From Candidatus Marinacidobacterales bacterium (GTDB lineage: Bacteria; Acidobacteriota; Vicinamibacteria; Marinacidobacterales; SMYC01): a stretch of 64,000 nt of DNA. How positions within the stretch are numbered: the first letter of the stretch is position 1; every line of letters begins with the position of its first letter. The notes under the pieces were generated by a model. That model searched no databases. It was not told where the DNA came from and saw only the letters and a program-made list of their open reading frames with translations. The stretch is taken from contig OZ250169.1 in assembly GCA_965237955.1 (NCBI GenBank), forward strand, positions 5,216,001 through 5,280,000, written 5' to 3'. The position numbers and the translations under genes were made by a program. Positions 53,497-63,835 of this stretch are shown here, piece after piece.

Positions 53497-55827
53497 ATGC
53501 GTTTCTTTGTTTCCTTTCCTTTGTTGTTTCTTGCGAGCGGCGTTTTTGCGAGCTCGCTGGAAATTCAGGTCGTCGATCCACAACAGGCCGGCGTGCCTTC
53601 GGCCGCGGCGCACCTCGCCCGGCGTGACGCTCGGTGGCGCACGAGCGTACGCGTCGATGACGAAGGCCGCTATCGCTTCGATTCGCTGACACCGGGCGTT
53701 TACTTGGTGCAGGCGGAAGCAGGCGGTTTCACTCGCAGCGAACCGATAGTGGTGCGCCTTGTCGAAGGAGAGAGTGCGTCGCTCGAGCTCACGCTCGATC
53801 TCGCCGTGTTCGAGGAGTCCATCGTCGTCACCAGCGCGGCCACGATGCAACGGCCATCCGAGGTAACGAAAACCACGAGCGTGGTCGACAAGAAACAGTT
53901 CGTCTCGCGCGACGAGTACTTCATCCCCGAAGCCCTCCGTACCGTGCCCGGGCTGAAAGTACAACAGCTCGGCGGGCCGGGAAGCTTCACGTCCATCAAG
54001 ATCCGAGGGCTTCGGAGCGAAGACACGGCGATCGTCATCGATGGGGCCCGTATTAGAGACCCTTCGGCGCCAAAGGGCGACGCGTCGTCGTATCTGGAAA
54101 TGTTCATGGCGACGGATCTCGAGCAAGTCGAGATCCTCCGCGGCGCGGGGTCGACGCTCTACGGAACGAACGCCGGCGGCGGCGTCATTAATATTGTTAC
54201 GTCGTCGGGGGGAGGCAAGCCGCGCGGGAGCGTTCTCGTTGAAGGTGGTGGCCTCAGTCTATTCCGAGCGAACGCTCAGACCGCTGGAGGCTACCGCGAG
54301 CGGTTCCAATACAGCGTTGGTGTGTCGCACTTGAGCGTTCTCGACGGCGTCGATGGCAACGACTCGGTTCGGAACACGAGCGTTCAAGTCCGGGCGCAAA
54401 TGAAGCTCGGGCCGACATCGAGCCTCTCGTTCCGCTTCTACGGCGCCGACGCCCGCGTCGATTTGAACGAAAGTCCCGAGGCTACCGGGGAGCTTCCGCC
54501 GGGTGTCGTCGATGCCGTTCCCGACGTGAACTATGTTCCAGGCGCGGACGATCCGGATAGCCAGCGCGAGGCTAGGTTCGCGTCGGCGCTCGTGGGCTTC
54601 GAGCAGCGACCGCGCGACGACTTCGGCTACAGCGTCCGCTACCACGGCCTGCTCACCGATCGAAGCTTCTTCGACGGGCCGGAAGGTGTTTCCGCGTTCG
54701 AGCCGGTGACGTCGTCTCTCTTCGAGTTCGAAGGCGCCATCCATACGTTGAACGCGCGCACGGACTTTACTTGGGGCCGGCATCAGTTTATCCAGGCCGG
54801 GTTCGAGCTCGAGCGCGAATCGTTCGTCAATCGCTCGTTTCCGGACGATCCGGCGGGCAACTCGACGACGGATATCTCGCAGACGAGCCAGGCTCTCTAC
54901 GTACAGGATCAGCTAACCCTTGCCGGCGGCGCCCTACAGATCGCCGGAGCGGTACGCGCCCAGTGGTTTTCGCTCGGTGAGCCCGAGCTCGAGCCGGCGG
55001 ACAACGCACCCTACACGGGCATCGAGTTTCCGTCGCTCGATAACGCTTTGACCGGCGATATCTCAGGTGCTTACGGCCTCGAGAGCGGCACCAAGCTTCT
55101 CGCGCACTTCGGTAGCGGCTACCGCGCGCCGTCGCTCTTCGAGCGCTTCGGCACTTCGTTCTCGTCGTTCGGGTATTTCGTGTTCGGCGATCCGCGCTTG
55201 CGTCCGGAGAAGACGGTGACGTTCGACGTGGGCGTCGAGCAGCGTCTCTGGTCGCAGCGCGGGCGCGTTTCCGCCACGTACTTCAGGACGAGGCTCAAAG
55301 AGATCATCATTTTCGATTTCTCCGGAGCCATCAATCCCGTGACCGATCCTTTCGGTCGTTTCGGTGGCTACCTTTCGACCGACGGGGGTACCACCAAGGG
55401 AGTCGAGCTCGTCGGTAACGTCGTCGTCGGCCCTGGTCTGCACTTGAACACGTCGTACACGTACACCGACGCCGAGCCCCCGACCGGTGTTTCCGAGGAT
55501 CAAACGCAAGCGTTCGTCGTCCCGAAACACCAGCTCGCGTTCGTTGCCACCCAGCTCATCGGGCCGCGGCTCGTGGTGAGCTTCGATCTCGTCGCATCGA
55601 GCAGCTATCTCGCGCCGATCTTCGATCCAGCGACGTTCGCGAGCCGCGTCTATCGATTCACGAGCTTCGTCAAGAGCGACCTCGCGGCGAGCTATTGTTT
55701 TCCGGCCCGATTCGGTCTGTTTCGTCTCTTCGGCAAGGTCGAGAACCTGTTAAACCAGCAAATCTTCGAGAGCGGTTTCCGCACGCCCGGACGCTTTGCG
55801 CTCGTAGGCGCCGCGTTCGAGTTCTAA
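53497..55827 (+). CDS. btuB: TonB-dependent cobalamin receptor
   Basis: IVVT TonB-box-like, EALRTVPGL, IRGL, VEILRG..STLYG..GGVINI, C-terminal Phe; riboswitch context. Confidence 0.88.
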   Translation: MRFFVSFPLLFLASGVFASSLEIQVVDPQQAGVPSAAAHLARRDARWRTSVRVDDEGRYRFDSLTPGVYLVQAEAGGFTRSEPIVVRLVEGESASLELTLDLAVFEESIVVTSAATMQRPSEVTKTTSVVDKKQFVSRDEYFIPEALRTVPGLKVQQLGGPGSFTSIKIRGLRSEDTAIVIDGARIRDPSAPKGDASSYLEMFMATDLEQVEILRGAGSTLYGTNAGGGVINIVTSSGGGKPRGSVLVEGGGLSLFRANAQTAGGYRERFQYSVGVSHLSVLDGVDGNDSVRNTSVQVRAQMKLGPTSSLSFRFYGADARVDLNESPEATGELPPGVVDAVPDVNYVPGADDPDSQREARFASALVGFEQRPRDDFGYSVRYHGLLTDRSFFDGPEGVSAFEPVTSSLFEFEGAIHTLNARTDFTWGRHQFIQAGFELERESFVNRSFPDDPAGNSTTDISQTSQALYVQDQLTLAGGALQIAGAVRAQWFSLGEPELEPADNAPYTGIEFPSLDNALTGDISGAYGLESGTKLLAHFGSGYRAPSLFERFGTSFSSFGYFVFGDPRLRPEKTVTFDVGVEQRLWSQRGRVSATYFRTRLKEIIIFDFSGAINPVTDPFGRFGGYLSTDGGTTKGVELVGNVVVGPGLHLNTSYTYTDAEPPTGVSEDQTQAFVVPKHQLAFVATQLIGPRLVVSFDLVASSSYLAPIFDPATFASRVYRFTSFVKSDLAASYCFPARFGLFRLFGKVENLLNQQIFESGFRTPGRFALVGAAFEF

Positions 55828-56663
55828 TGAAGCTCGTACTGCTTCTCGCTGTCGCGCAGCGGATCATCTCGCTCTCGCCGAGCGTGACCGAGATTCTCTA
55901 TGGCATCGGCGCGTTCGACCAGGTGGTCGCGGTGTCGAGCTATTGCGAGTATCCGCCGGAAGTCGAAGGGCTGCCGCGCGTCGGTGGTTGGACGGACACG
56001 AACCTCGAGCAGGTCGTTGCTCTCCAACCGGACCTCGTGATCATGACCGGCGTCGACGCGCAGGCGCCTCTCATGGAGCCGAAGCTCACCGCTCTCGGCA
56101 TCGAAACGCTCGCCGTGGGGAGTCAATCGCTGGCGGATATTTACGAAGCAATCGAGACGATAGGCGGGGCCGTCGGTAGGGAAGACGCAGCCCGCGCCCT
56201 CGTTCGCGAGATGCGTACCGAGCTCGACGGCATACGCGCTCGCACCCGAGACCGGCCTCGCCCGAGCGTTCTCGTCGTCGTCGATCGCTTGCCCGGCACG
56301 CTGCGGGATATCTATATCGCGACCGAAGGCAGCTATCTCACCGAGCTCGTCGAGATCGCCGGTGGCACGCCGATCACTCCCCCTGCTCCGCACAACTACA
56401 CGCAGATCAGCGCGGAGGCTCTCGTGGTCTTCGACCCCGAGGTGATCTTCGACATGGTGCAGGCGTTGACTACCGCGACGGTGGTCGGAGGTGGCAAGCT
56501 TTCAGAGAATTCGAAGGCGGTGTGGAACATGATCGACGTCACGGCAGTCGAGACGGATCGCATCTATCCATTGACGAACAAGCTGCTCGTGCACCCGTCG
56601 CAGTTCGCGGTACAGGCGGCGCGTGAGTTCGCGAAGCGGCTCCACCCAGAGGCCTTCGAGTGA
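55827..56663 (+). CDS. btuF: Cobalamin ABC substrate-binding protein
   Basis: RIISLSPSVTEILYGIG, CEYP, EQVVALQPDLV. Confidence 0.85.
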   Translation: MKLVLLLAVAQRIISLSPSVTEILYGIGAFDQVVAVSSYCEYPPEVEGLPRVGGWTDTNLEQVVALQPDLVIMTGVDAQAPLMEPKLTALGIETLAVGSQSLADIYEAIETIGGAVGREDAARALVREMRTELDGIRARTRDRPRPSVLVVVDRLPGTLRDIYIATEGSYLTELVEIAGGTPITPPAPHNYTQISAEALVVFDPEVIFDMVQALTTATVVGGGKLSENSKAVWNMIDVTAVETDRIYPLTNKLLVHPSQFAVQAAREFAKRLHPEAFE

Positions 56664-57469
56664 GCACTGATACTGATACTGCCACTGCCACGATCCTCTC
56701 GGCGAGCGGCCTCGAGTTCGCTTACGAGCCTCGAAAGATGCCTCTGGTCATCGACGATGTCTCGATGGACGTCACCCGGGGGCATTTTTGCGGGCTCATC
56801 GGGCCAAACGGATGCGGAAAGTCCACGCTGTTGCGCCTTCTCTCCGGAGTCTTGGCGCCCCATAGCGGCGGTGTGGTTTTCGAGGGGCAACCTCTCGAGG
56901 CGATCGAGCCGCGCGCGCGCGCGAAGTGGATCGGGTATGTGCCACAGCAGCAAAGTCGTGTGTTTCCGTTCACGGCACTCGAAGTCGTTCTAACGGGACG
57001 TAGTCCGTATACTTCGCGGTTTCGCTTCGAGAACGCCCGGGATCGCGAAATCGCGAGCGAGGCGTTGGCTGCGGTGGGCGCGGAGCATTTGGCTGCGCGT
57101 CCGATCACCGAGCTTTCCGGTGGTGAGCAGCAGATGGTCGTGGTGGCACGCGCGTTGGCGCAGCAAGCGCGTCTTCTGCTTCTCGACGAGCCCGCGGCCG
57201 CGCTCGATTTGAAGCACCGCGCCGAGCTTCTTAGTGCCCTCCAACGTCTGCGGGAAGACCAGGAGCTCACCGTGCTCGTCGTGACCCACGATCTGCAAAT
57301 GCTCGACGCGACCTTCGATCACCTCTTCGCCATGCGCCGCGGGCGTCTCGTGGCGGAAGGCCCGGCCGAAGACGTTCTGACGGAGAGCACGCTCGCCGAC
57401 GTGTACGAGGACCCACTCGTGCGGGCGCATCGGATCGAAGGCCGCACGTTCGTGTGGTCGGAGCGGTAA
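56660..57469 (+). CDS. btuD: Cobalamin ABC ATP-binding protein
   Basis: GPNGCGKST, ELSGGEQQ, LLLDEP, THDL. Confidence 0.82.
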   Translation: MSTDTDTATATILSASGLEFAYEPRKMPLVIDDVSMDVTRGHFCGLIGPNGCGKSTLLRLLSGVLAPHSGGVVFEGQPLEAIEPRARAKWIGYVPQQQSRVFPFTALEVVLTGRSPYTSRFRFENARDREIASEALAAVGAEHLAARPITELSGGEQQMVVVARALAQQARLLLLDEPAAALDLKHRAELLSALQRLREDQELTVLVVTHDLQMLDATFDHLFAMRRGRLVAEGPAEDVLTESTLADVYEDPLVRAHRIEGRTFVWSER

Positions 57470-58464
57470 TGACGACATCGGGCCGGCTCGCGCGGGCGTT
57501 GGTGTTTTGCTTTGTCGTCATGTGTGTAGCGACGCTTTTCGCGCTCTCGACCGGATATCAGACGATCGAGTGGTCGCAGCTTCAGAGAGACGAAATATCT
57601 CGGACGATCTTCTTCCGCCTCCGCGCTCCGCGCGTCGTTCTCGGCCTTCTCGTCGGAGGCTCGCTTGCGGGAGTGGGGGCGGCGCTTCAAGCGCTCTTTC
57701 GGAATCCACTGGCGTCGCCGTTCACGCTTGGAGTATCCGGAGGTGGCGCGCTCGGTGCGAGCGTGGCGATCGCGCTCGGCTTCGGCGCTAGCATCGCGGG
57801 TATTCCCTTGGTGTTCATCTTCGCGTTTGCCGGCTCGATTGCGTTCGTCGCGATCGTGTATCGGCTTGCGTCTGCGGGCACCGTCGTGATGCCCGGTGCG
57901 CTCTTGCTGGCGGGTGTTGTGTTGAATCTGATCGCGGGCGCGGGCGTTCTGATGATCCAGTTCGTGACCGACTATACGAGGGCACTCCAGATCCTGCGGT
58001 GGATGGTGGGAAGCCTCGACGTGATCGGCATGGACCTCGTTTGGCGTATGTTGATTTTTCTCGTACCGGGCATGGTATTGCTCCTGGCGACGACACGGGA
58101 TTTGCATCTCATCGCCATGGACGAAGAATCGGCGGCGGCGCTCGGCGTCAACGTACGACGGGTCGAGCGCACCGTCTATGCGGCGTCGTCGCTCGTGGTC
58201 GGGGTTACCGTCGCCGTCGCAGGCCCCATTGGCTTTGTCGGCCTCATCGTGCCCCACGCAGTCCGAGTGTTGTTCGGCGAAGACTTGCGCATCGTCATTC
58301 CATGTTCGATCTTGCTCGGGGCGGCGTTTCTGGTGCTTGCCGACGCGTTCGCGCGCTCGCTTCTTGGCGCGAGCGAGCTTCCCGTGGGAGCGGTCACCGC
58401 GTTGATCGGAGGGCCGCTGTTTCTGATATTGCTGAGCCGGAGAAGACGCTACGCGGCGATCTAG
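57469..58464 (+). CDS. btuC: Cobalamin ABC permease (FecCD family)
   Basis: LRAPR, QALFRNPLASPFTLGVSGG, GPIGFVGLIVPH, ELPVG. Confidence 0.85.
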   Translation: MTTSGRLARALVFCFVVMCVATLFALSTGYQTIEWSQLQRDEISRTIFFRLRAPRVVLGLLVGGSLAGVGAALQALFRNPLASPFTLGVSGGGALGASVAIALGFGASIAGIPLVFIFAFAGSIAFVAIVYRLASAGTVVMPGALLLAGVVLNLIAGAGVLMIQFVTDYTRALQILRWMVGSLDVIGMDLVWRMLIFLVPGMVLLLATTRDLHLIAMDEESAAALGVNVRRVERTVYAASSLVVGVTVAVAGPIGFVGLIVPHAVRVLFGEDLRIVIPCSILLGAAFLVLADAFARSLLGASELPVGAVTALIGGPLFLILLSRRRRYAAI

Positions 58465-58469
58465 GGACA

Positions 58470-58500
58470 GGCCGATGGCCGATGGCTGATGGCCGACGGC
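58470..58500. repeat. Heptamer tandem repeat (GGCYGAY)x4
   Basis: GGCCGAT GGCCGAT GGCTGAT GGCCGAC; related copies at 37625-37640, 59890-59905 and 59971-59986. Confidence 0.7.
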
Positions 58501-58518
58501 GAGTTGAAAGGCGGAATA

Positions 58519-59088
58519 ATGAGTATTGCGACAAAAAAAGGCGACAAGGGACAAACGAGCCTCATCGGTGGACGCCGCGTGTCGAAAGGCGACCTTCGGG
58601 TCGAGACTTACGGGACGCTCGACGAGCTCGGCTCGGTCATGGGCTTCGCTCGCTCTATCTGCGAGCACGAGAAGGTTGCCGAGGCGACGAAGGCGATCCA
58701 AAAAGAGCTCTTCACGGTGAGCGCGTCGCTCGCGTCGCCGGAAGACCCCAAGAAAACCAATCGGGTCACTCAGGACATGGTGGATGCGCTCACCAAGCAA
58801 GTCGAAGAGATCGAGGCCATCGAGGGAATCTCGGGCGACTGGGCGATTCCAGGCGAGCACACCGTCTCCGCGGCGTATGACGTTTCCCGTACCGTGTGCC
58901 GGCGGGCGGAGCGCGCCGCGGTGCGTCTTCGCGACGACGACGGAGAGGGAGTCGATCCGCTCGCGATCGCGTACATCAACCGACTCTCGGATCTTCTGTG
59001 GCTTTTCGGCCGGCTCGTCGAAAAAGACGCCGGCGTCGACGGCAAGCTTCGCGGCGGCCGCGGCACCGGCTGGTCGAAAGCATGGTAA
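58519..59088 (+). CDS. pduO: Cob(I)alamin adenosyltransferase, PduO type
   Basis: [34 protein letters not shown]. Confidence 0.93.
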   Translation: MSIATKKGDKGQTSLIGGRRVSKGDLRVETYGTLDELGSVMGFARSICEHEKVAEATKAIQKELFTVSASLASPEDPKKTNRVTQDMVDALTKQVEEIEAIEGISGDWAIPGEHTVSAAYDVSRTVCRRAERAAVRLRDDDGEGVDPLAIAYINRLSDLLWLFGRLVEKDAGVDGKLRGGRGTGWSKAW

Positions 59089-59092
59089 CGCC

Positions 59093-59355
59093 TTGAATAT
59101 TGAACCTGGCGACCAGAGCTTTGCCAAGCGCGCTCGTGATCGCCAGGCGAGTCTGACGAAGCCGCCCGGAAGTCTGGGGCGACTCGAGGAGCTGGCGGTA
59201 CGGCTGGCCGCGATCCAGAGAACGGACTATCCGAGAACGCGTGGCCGATCGATGCTCGGAGCATTTTCCACATGGATCAGTCGCACGCAGGGGTAAACAT
59301 CGTCGATGACTTCGACGACTACTCGGTGGTGAGGCTCATGAACGGCTCATGCTGA
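59093..59355 (+). pseudogene. cobT: cobT N-terminus joined by deletion to a CobC-like histidine-phosphatase C-terminus
   Basis: [19 protein letters not shown] (CobT) to ~59237, then in another frame [15 protein letters not shown]...VVRLMN*. Confidence 0.78.
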
Positions 59356-59882
59356 CGCTCGTTCTCGGAGGAGCTCGGAGCGGGAAGAGCCGCTACGCGC
59401 AATCCCTGTGCGGCGATAGACCGGTTCGCTACATCGCCACCGCGCAAGCGGCAGGAGATGCCGAGATGATCCGGCGCATCGATCGGCACCGCTCGGAGCG
59501 CCTGCCGCATTGGAAAACCGTCGAGGCTCCGTTCGCGCTCGTGGATGCTATCCGCGAGCCGGGCCAGTCGGATGACGAACTCCTCCTCGTCGACTGCATC
59601 ACCGTTTGGCTTTCGAATCTCTCCTACCGCCACCGTGAGCTCCGCGCCGAGGCGCGAGAAAAACGTTTGCTCGGGGAAGTGGCTGAGTTCGTGGAAGCAG
59701 CACGCGGGCGCCACGTGATCGCAGTCAGCAACGACGTCGGCAGCGGCATCGTTCCCGAATCCCCAGTCGCCCGCGAGTTTCGTGACCTGCAGGGATTGGC
59801 CAACCAGACGATTGCCGCAGCCTCGGACAAAGTAGTCTTGATGGTCGCCGGCATTCCTACGATTGTGAAAGGAAATCTGTGA
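59349..59882 (+). CDS. cobU: Adenosylcobinamide kinase / guanylyltransferase
   Basis: LVLGGARSGKS, YIATA, RIDRHR, DCITVW, VSNDVGSGIVP, FRDLQG..NQ. Confidence 0.95.
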   Translation: MLTLVLGGARSGKSRYAQSLCGDRPVRYIATAQAAGDAEMIRRIDRHRSERLPHWKTVEAPFALVDAIREPGQSDDELLLVDCITVWLSNLSYRHRELRAEAREKRLLGEVAEFVEAARGRHVIAVSNDVGSGIVPESPVAREFRDLQGLANQTIAAASDKVVLMVAGIPTIVKGNL

Positions 59883-60003
59883 GGATCCTGCCATCGGCCA
59901 TCAGCAGGATTGGCGCGTTTAGGACGGTTGCGCCGGTAACCGGCACGGTGTCGCAGCTAAACGAAGGCTAGCTGACGGCCGATGGCGGATCGACGAGGAC
60001 TAA

Positions 60004-61785
60004 TCACTTCTTGTCCGTTCCCAACACGTGCTCAAAGTCTTCCTTGTCCGGGTTCGTGTCATCCGAACGGCGGCGTGGGGGGACCAGAGCCTCACGCTGG
60101 ATCGGCGGACCCACAACGGGAGGGGGAAGGAGTGGTTCCTCGGGCGGGGCCGGCTGGGCGCTGATGATGTTGACGTCGGCCTCGACCGTCGCCATGGGCG
60201 TTTCGGGCGCTGTCGCGACAGGGTCTTCGGGTAGTGCGAGATCGCTGAACGATGCCATCCCGCCATCGACCGGTGGCGCCTGTACCGGTTGTACCGACGG
60301 TTGCGTTGTCATGTCCGCGGGCGATGGCGGTGCCGCGGCGGGAGGAGGTGACGGCGCCGGTGCGGACGGCGAGTCCGGGCCACCGCCGAGTGCGAGTGCC
60401 TCGAATCCCGACGGAGCTTCGCTCGGTGTCGGGGGAGGCGCCGGCGGGGCGAGATCGGCGTCATCCGGATCGAGCGCGCTCGGACCGTCGAAAAACTGCG
60501 TGGCTGCTTGGTTCGGCGGTGACGGAGGTGACGGTTGCTCAATCGGAGGCGGCGCTGGCGGGGCGACAGCAGATGCCGCGTCATCGCCTTCCAGGATCGA
60601 CTCCATGAGCTCACCCGTAGATTTCGGAACCGCGGGTGCGGCGGCCGGCGGATCGACAAACATCTGCGTGTGCATGAGCTCGTCCGGAATGGCCTTCGGT
60701 GGCTCGGGTGGAGTCGTCGGCGGCGGATCGACGGAAAGCTGAGTTTCGTTCAAGTGCTCCGGAACTGGCGTTGGACTCCGCAGCGCGGGCGCCTCGGACG
60801 GCATCTTCTCCACTGCCTCCGGTCGAGTCATGGAGATTTGCGTCTCGATCAAGTTTTCAGGAATCGCTGCCGGCGCGACCGGAGGATCGATCCCGACTTG
60901 TGTCTGCACTAGCTCTTCGGGGATCGAAGCCGGCTTCGGCGGTTCGATCGACGGCAGAGTTGGCGTGTCGGCCGGCGTTGGGGCAGGCGATTCGATCTCG
61001 GTTGCATTGGCGACACTCGCCGTTAAGGCGGTCTGTGCCGCTACGTCGACGAGATCGATCCAACCGAGAGTGCGGAATGCCCAAAGGTATCGGCACGCCT
61101 CGAAGTCCGGAAGCGTCGCGCGTGTGCAGATGTCCGCGAGCGAGGTCGGCGTCGCGAGCATGTCCACGAGCTCACGCACATCGTCAGCGAGTTTCGAGCC
61201 CAACCACTCTTGCTCGCGCGCGGCGGCTTGCTGGTAAACCGATTCGAGACTTCCAACGCCTTTCGAAACGCGCCGCCAGCTCTCGACGTAGCGGACCCCT
61301 TCGAGGATCAACTCCGGCACGGCGAGGTCCAGAGTGATGGCTTCTTTCTGCTCGAGCTCTTCCTCTTTGAACCGGTACCAGGTCTCGGTGCGGCGGAAGA
61401 GCCCGAGAACAATCGAGCGCACTTGCCCTATTACCGCCGGAACGAGGTCGTCGGCAGTGAGCACGTTCTCGTCGACTAGAAGCTCGCCGAGACGTTTGCC
61501 TGGCTGAACCATTCTCGCGACCCGTGTGTAGTCCATCAACGAGATCTTGCCCGCGCGGAGTAAGTACTGGCCGAGCCCGTCGTCCTGCGACGACGACTCG
61601 GCAAACACGATCTTCCCACCCTGCAAGTCGAGAGTTTTGTCGCCTTCGGGGTTCGAAAAGTGAAGTCGGCCCGTCTTGCCTGAGCGGCTGATGACCAGAA
61701 GGAGATCCGGCAGATCGTGATCGTCGTTCCAGCAGTTGAGGACCCCTTCGAAAGGGATCCGATCGCCTAGAGGCCCTTCGGGCAT
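60004..61785 (-). CDS. DUF4388 protein with a long Pro-rich repetitive tail
   Basis: LPDLL...KTGRL...GKIVFAESS...LGQYLL...RLGELL; repeated P(E/D)xLxxTQ units. Confidence 0.8.
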   Translation of the reverse strand: MPEGPLGDRIPFEGVLNCWNDDHDLPDLLLVISRSGKTGRLHFSNPEGDKTLDLQGGKIVFAESSSQDDGLGQYLLRAGKISLMDYTRVARMVQPGKRLGELLVDENVLTADDLVPAVIGQVRSIVLGLFRRTETWYRFKEEELEQKEAITLDLAVPELILEGVRYVESWRRVSKGVGSLESVYQQAAAREQEWLGSKLADDVRELVDMLATPTSLADICTRATLPDFEACRYLWAFRTLGWIDLVDVAAQTALTASVANATEIESPAPTPADTPTLPSIEPPKPASIPEELVQTQVGIDPPVAPAAIPENLIETQISMTRPEAVEKMPSEAPALRSPTPVPEHLNETQLSVDPPPTTPPEPPKAIPDELMHTQMFVDPPAAAPAVPKSTGELMESILEGDDAASAVAPPAPPPIEQPSPPSPPNQAATQFFDGPSALDPDDADLAPPAPPPTPSEAPSGFEALALGGGPDSPSAPAPSPPPAAAPPSPADMTTQPSVQPVQAPPVDGGMASFSDLALPEDPVATAPETPMATVEADVNIISAQPAPPEEPLLPPPVVGPPIQREALVPPRRRSDDTNPDKEDFEHVLGTDKK

Positions 61786-61902
61786 AGAGCTTCCTCGCCT
61801 CGTTTTTTGTTGAAATCTTCAGTTGGGATGGTACCCAACCATTATACGGGATGAAAAACCGGCAGGAAAACGCTTTAAAGTATTGATATAACTATGTTTA
61901 GG

Positions 61903-63816
61903 CTAGGACACGCCGAGAATCTCGTCCAGATTTAGAGGCAGGCGGATGGTGAACGTCGTACCTTCGCCGGGCGTGCTTTCGGCCTCGATGGTTCCGTGGT
62001 GGTCCTGAATGATTTGATAGCAAATCGATAGGCCGAGTCCGGTGCCGACTCCGACCCCTTTCGTCGTAAAGCCCGGGTCGAAGATCTTCTTCAGGTTCTC
62101 GGGCTCGATCCCGACGCCATCGTCGCTGAACGCGATGATAGCCTGAGCGTCTTCGACGCCGGTGCGGATGGTGATCGTGCCCTTCTCTTTGACGGCCTGG
62201 CGCGCGTTGTTGAGGAGGTTCAGAAAAACATGGTTCAACCGGCTCGGGTACACCGCGAGCGGCGGCACCTCACCGTAGTCCTTGACAATCTCGATGTGGT
62301 GTTTGATCTCGTGATGGACGAGCGTGAGCGTGTCATCGAGTCCTTCGTGCACGTCGACTTGTTTGATCTCGGCTTCGTCGAGGCGTGCGAAGCTCCGGAG
62401 GCGGCGCACGATCTCGCCAACTCTGGAAGCGCCCGATTTGATGACTTGGTTCGACTCGTCGATGACGTCAAAGAGCTTGTTGAGTCTCTTGTCGTTCTCG
62501 AAGCCTTCTTTGTCCCCTCTGTTTTTGGACGTGAGGTGTTCTTTCAGCTTTTCGATAGCACGCATCAGGGTGTCGTGCATGCTCGTCATCGCCCCGACCG
62601 GCGTATTGATCTCGTGCGCGATACCGGCGACGAGGCTCCCGAGCGAAGCCATCTTCTCCGACTGCACGAGCTGGGCCTGGGTTTCGCGCAGCTCCCGGTT
62701 CGTCTTCGCGAGCTCGTTCAGCGCGATCTTGATTTTCGTGATATCTCGACCCATCGTCACGTAGAGATCGAGTTCGCCCTCGGCGTCGTGGATAGGGAAA
62801 ATCGAGATGTCGATGGGAATGCTGACACCGCTTTTTGCCATGCCCTCGGCTTCGCCGCGGTAGCTTCCCGTCGCAGCGATCGCTTGTTTGATCTCAGCGG
62901 CCTTCTGGGAACCGAGGAACTCGAACATGGACTTGCCGACGACATCCTCATCCGTCCAGCCGGTGCGCTGCTCGTGCGCGGGGTTCCGCTCCACGATGTG
63001 GCCGTCTTTGTCGATCACGGTGATGACGTCGACGGAGTGGATGAAGACTTCGTGGTAGATCCGAAGCCTCTCTTCGAGCTCTTTGCGACGGGTAATGTCG
63101 ACGAAGCTGCCGAGGATGACCTTCTCGCCACCGATTTTGGCTTGAGCGAGCGAGAACATCGTCCAGATGGCCGTCCCATCGGCCTTGCGAACGCGGACTT
63201 CGAGGTCTTTGACGAAGCCGTCCTTCTGGAGACGCTCGACGACTTGGTTGCGTTCGGCCGGATCGTAGTAGAACTCGCTCGAGTGCCGGCCTTTGACCTC
63301 ATCGCGGGAGAGTCCGACGAGCTCTGCCAGGTGGCTGTTCGCGTATAAAACCTCGCCGTCACTCAAGCGGGTAATAATGTAGGGAACCGGAGCCGATTCC
63401 ACGAGGGCCGTGAGCTGCTCCTCCGATTGGCGTTGCCACCGTCTGAGCTTCGCGTACTCGAGCGCCTGGTAGATCGTGATTTCCATCTCGTCCAGGGCGA
63501 CGGGCTTGATGAGAAAGCGCTGAGCTCCCTCCATGATCGCCTTGACCGCGAGAGGGATCGACGGATGGGCGGTGAGCAGCACGAGCGGCATGTCGGGATA
63601 GCGCGCCTGAACTTTGGCGAGGACGGCGAGCCCGTCCATCCCGGGCATGTTCAGATCGCAGACAACGAGCTCGTGGCGTTCTCCGTCTAGAAGGTCGAGT
63701 CCGACCTCACCGGACGCGGCGGTGTCGATTTCGAAGCCCCGCTCGCGGAGGCTTGTCGCCAAGCTTTCGCGCTGTTCGGCGTCGTCCTCGATATAGAGAA
63801 GCTTGGTGCCCCCCAT
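61903..63816 (-). CDS. Hybrid sensor kinase REC-PAS-PAS-HisKA-HATPase
   Basis: IEDD...CDLNMPGMDG...KP; two PAS domains; QSEKMASLG..AGIAHEINTP; NLLNNA, DDGVGI, FTTK, GTGLGL. Confidence 0.93.
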   Translation of the reverse strand: MGGTKLLYIEDDAEQRESLATSLRERGFEIDTAASGEVGLDLLDGERHELVVCDLNMPGMDGLAVLAKVQARYPDMPLVLLTAHPSIPLAVKAIMEGAQRFLIKPVALDEMEITIYQALEYAKLRRWQRQSEEQLTALVESAPVPYIITRLSDGEVLYANSHLAELVGLSRDEVKGRHSSEFYYDPAERNQVVERLQKDGFVKDLEVRVRKADGTAIWTMFSLAQAKIGGEKVILGSFVDITRRKELEERLRIYHEVFIHSVDVITVIDKDGHIVERNPAHEQRTGWTDEDVVGKSMFEFLGSQKAAEIKQAIAATGSYRGEAEGMAKSGVSIPIDISIFPIHDAEGELDLYVTMGRDITKIKIALNELAKTNRELRETQAQLVQSEKMASLGSLVAGIAHEINTPVGAMTSMHDTLMRAIEKLKEHLTSKNRGDKEGFENDKRLNKLFDVIDESNQVIKSGASRVGEIVRRLRSFARLDEAEIKQVDVHEGLDDTLTLVHHEIKHHIEIVKDYGEVPPLAVYPSRLNHVFLNLLNNARQAVKEKGTITIRTGVEDAQAIIAFSDDGVGIEPENLKKIFDPGFTTKGVGVGTGLGLSICYQIIQDHHGTIEAESTPGEGTTFTIRLPLNLDEILGVS

Positions 63817-63835
63817 GGTGCGAGCCGGTCGCCGA

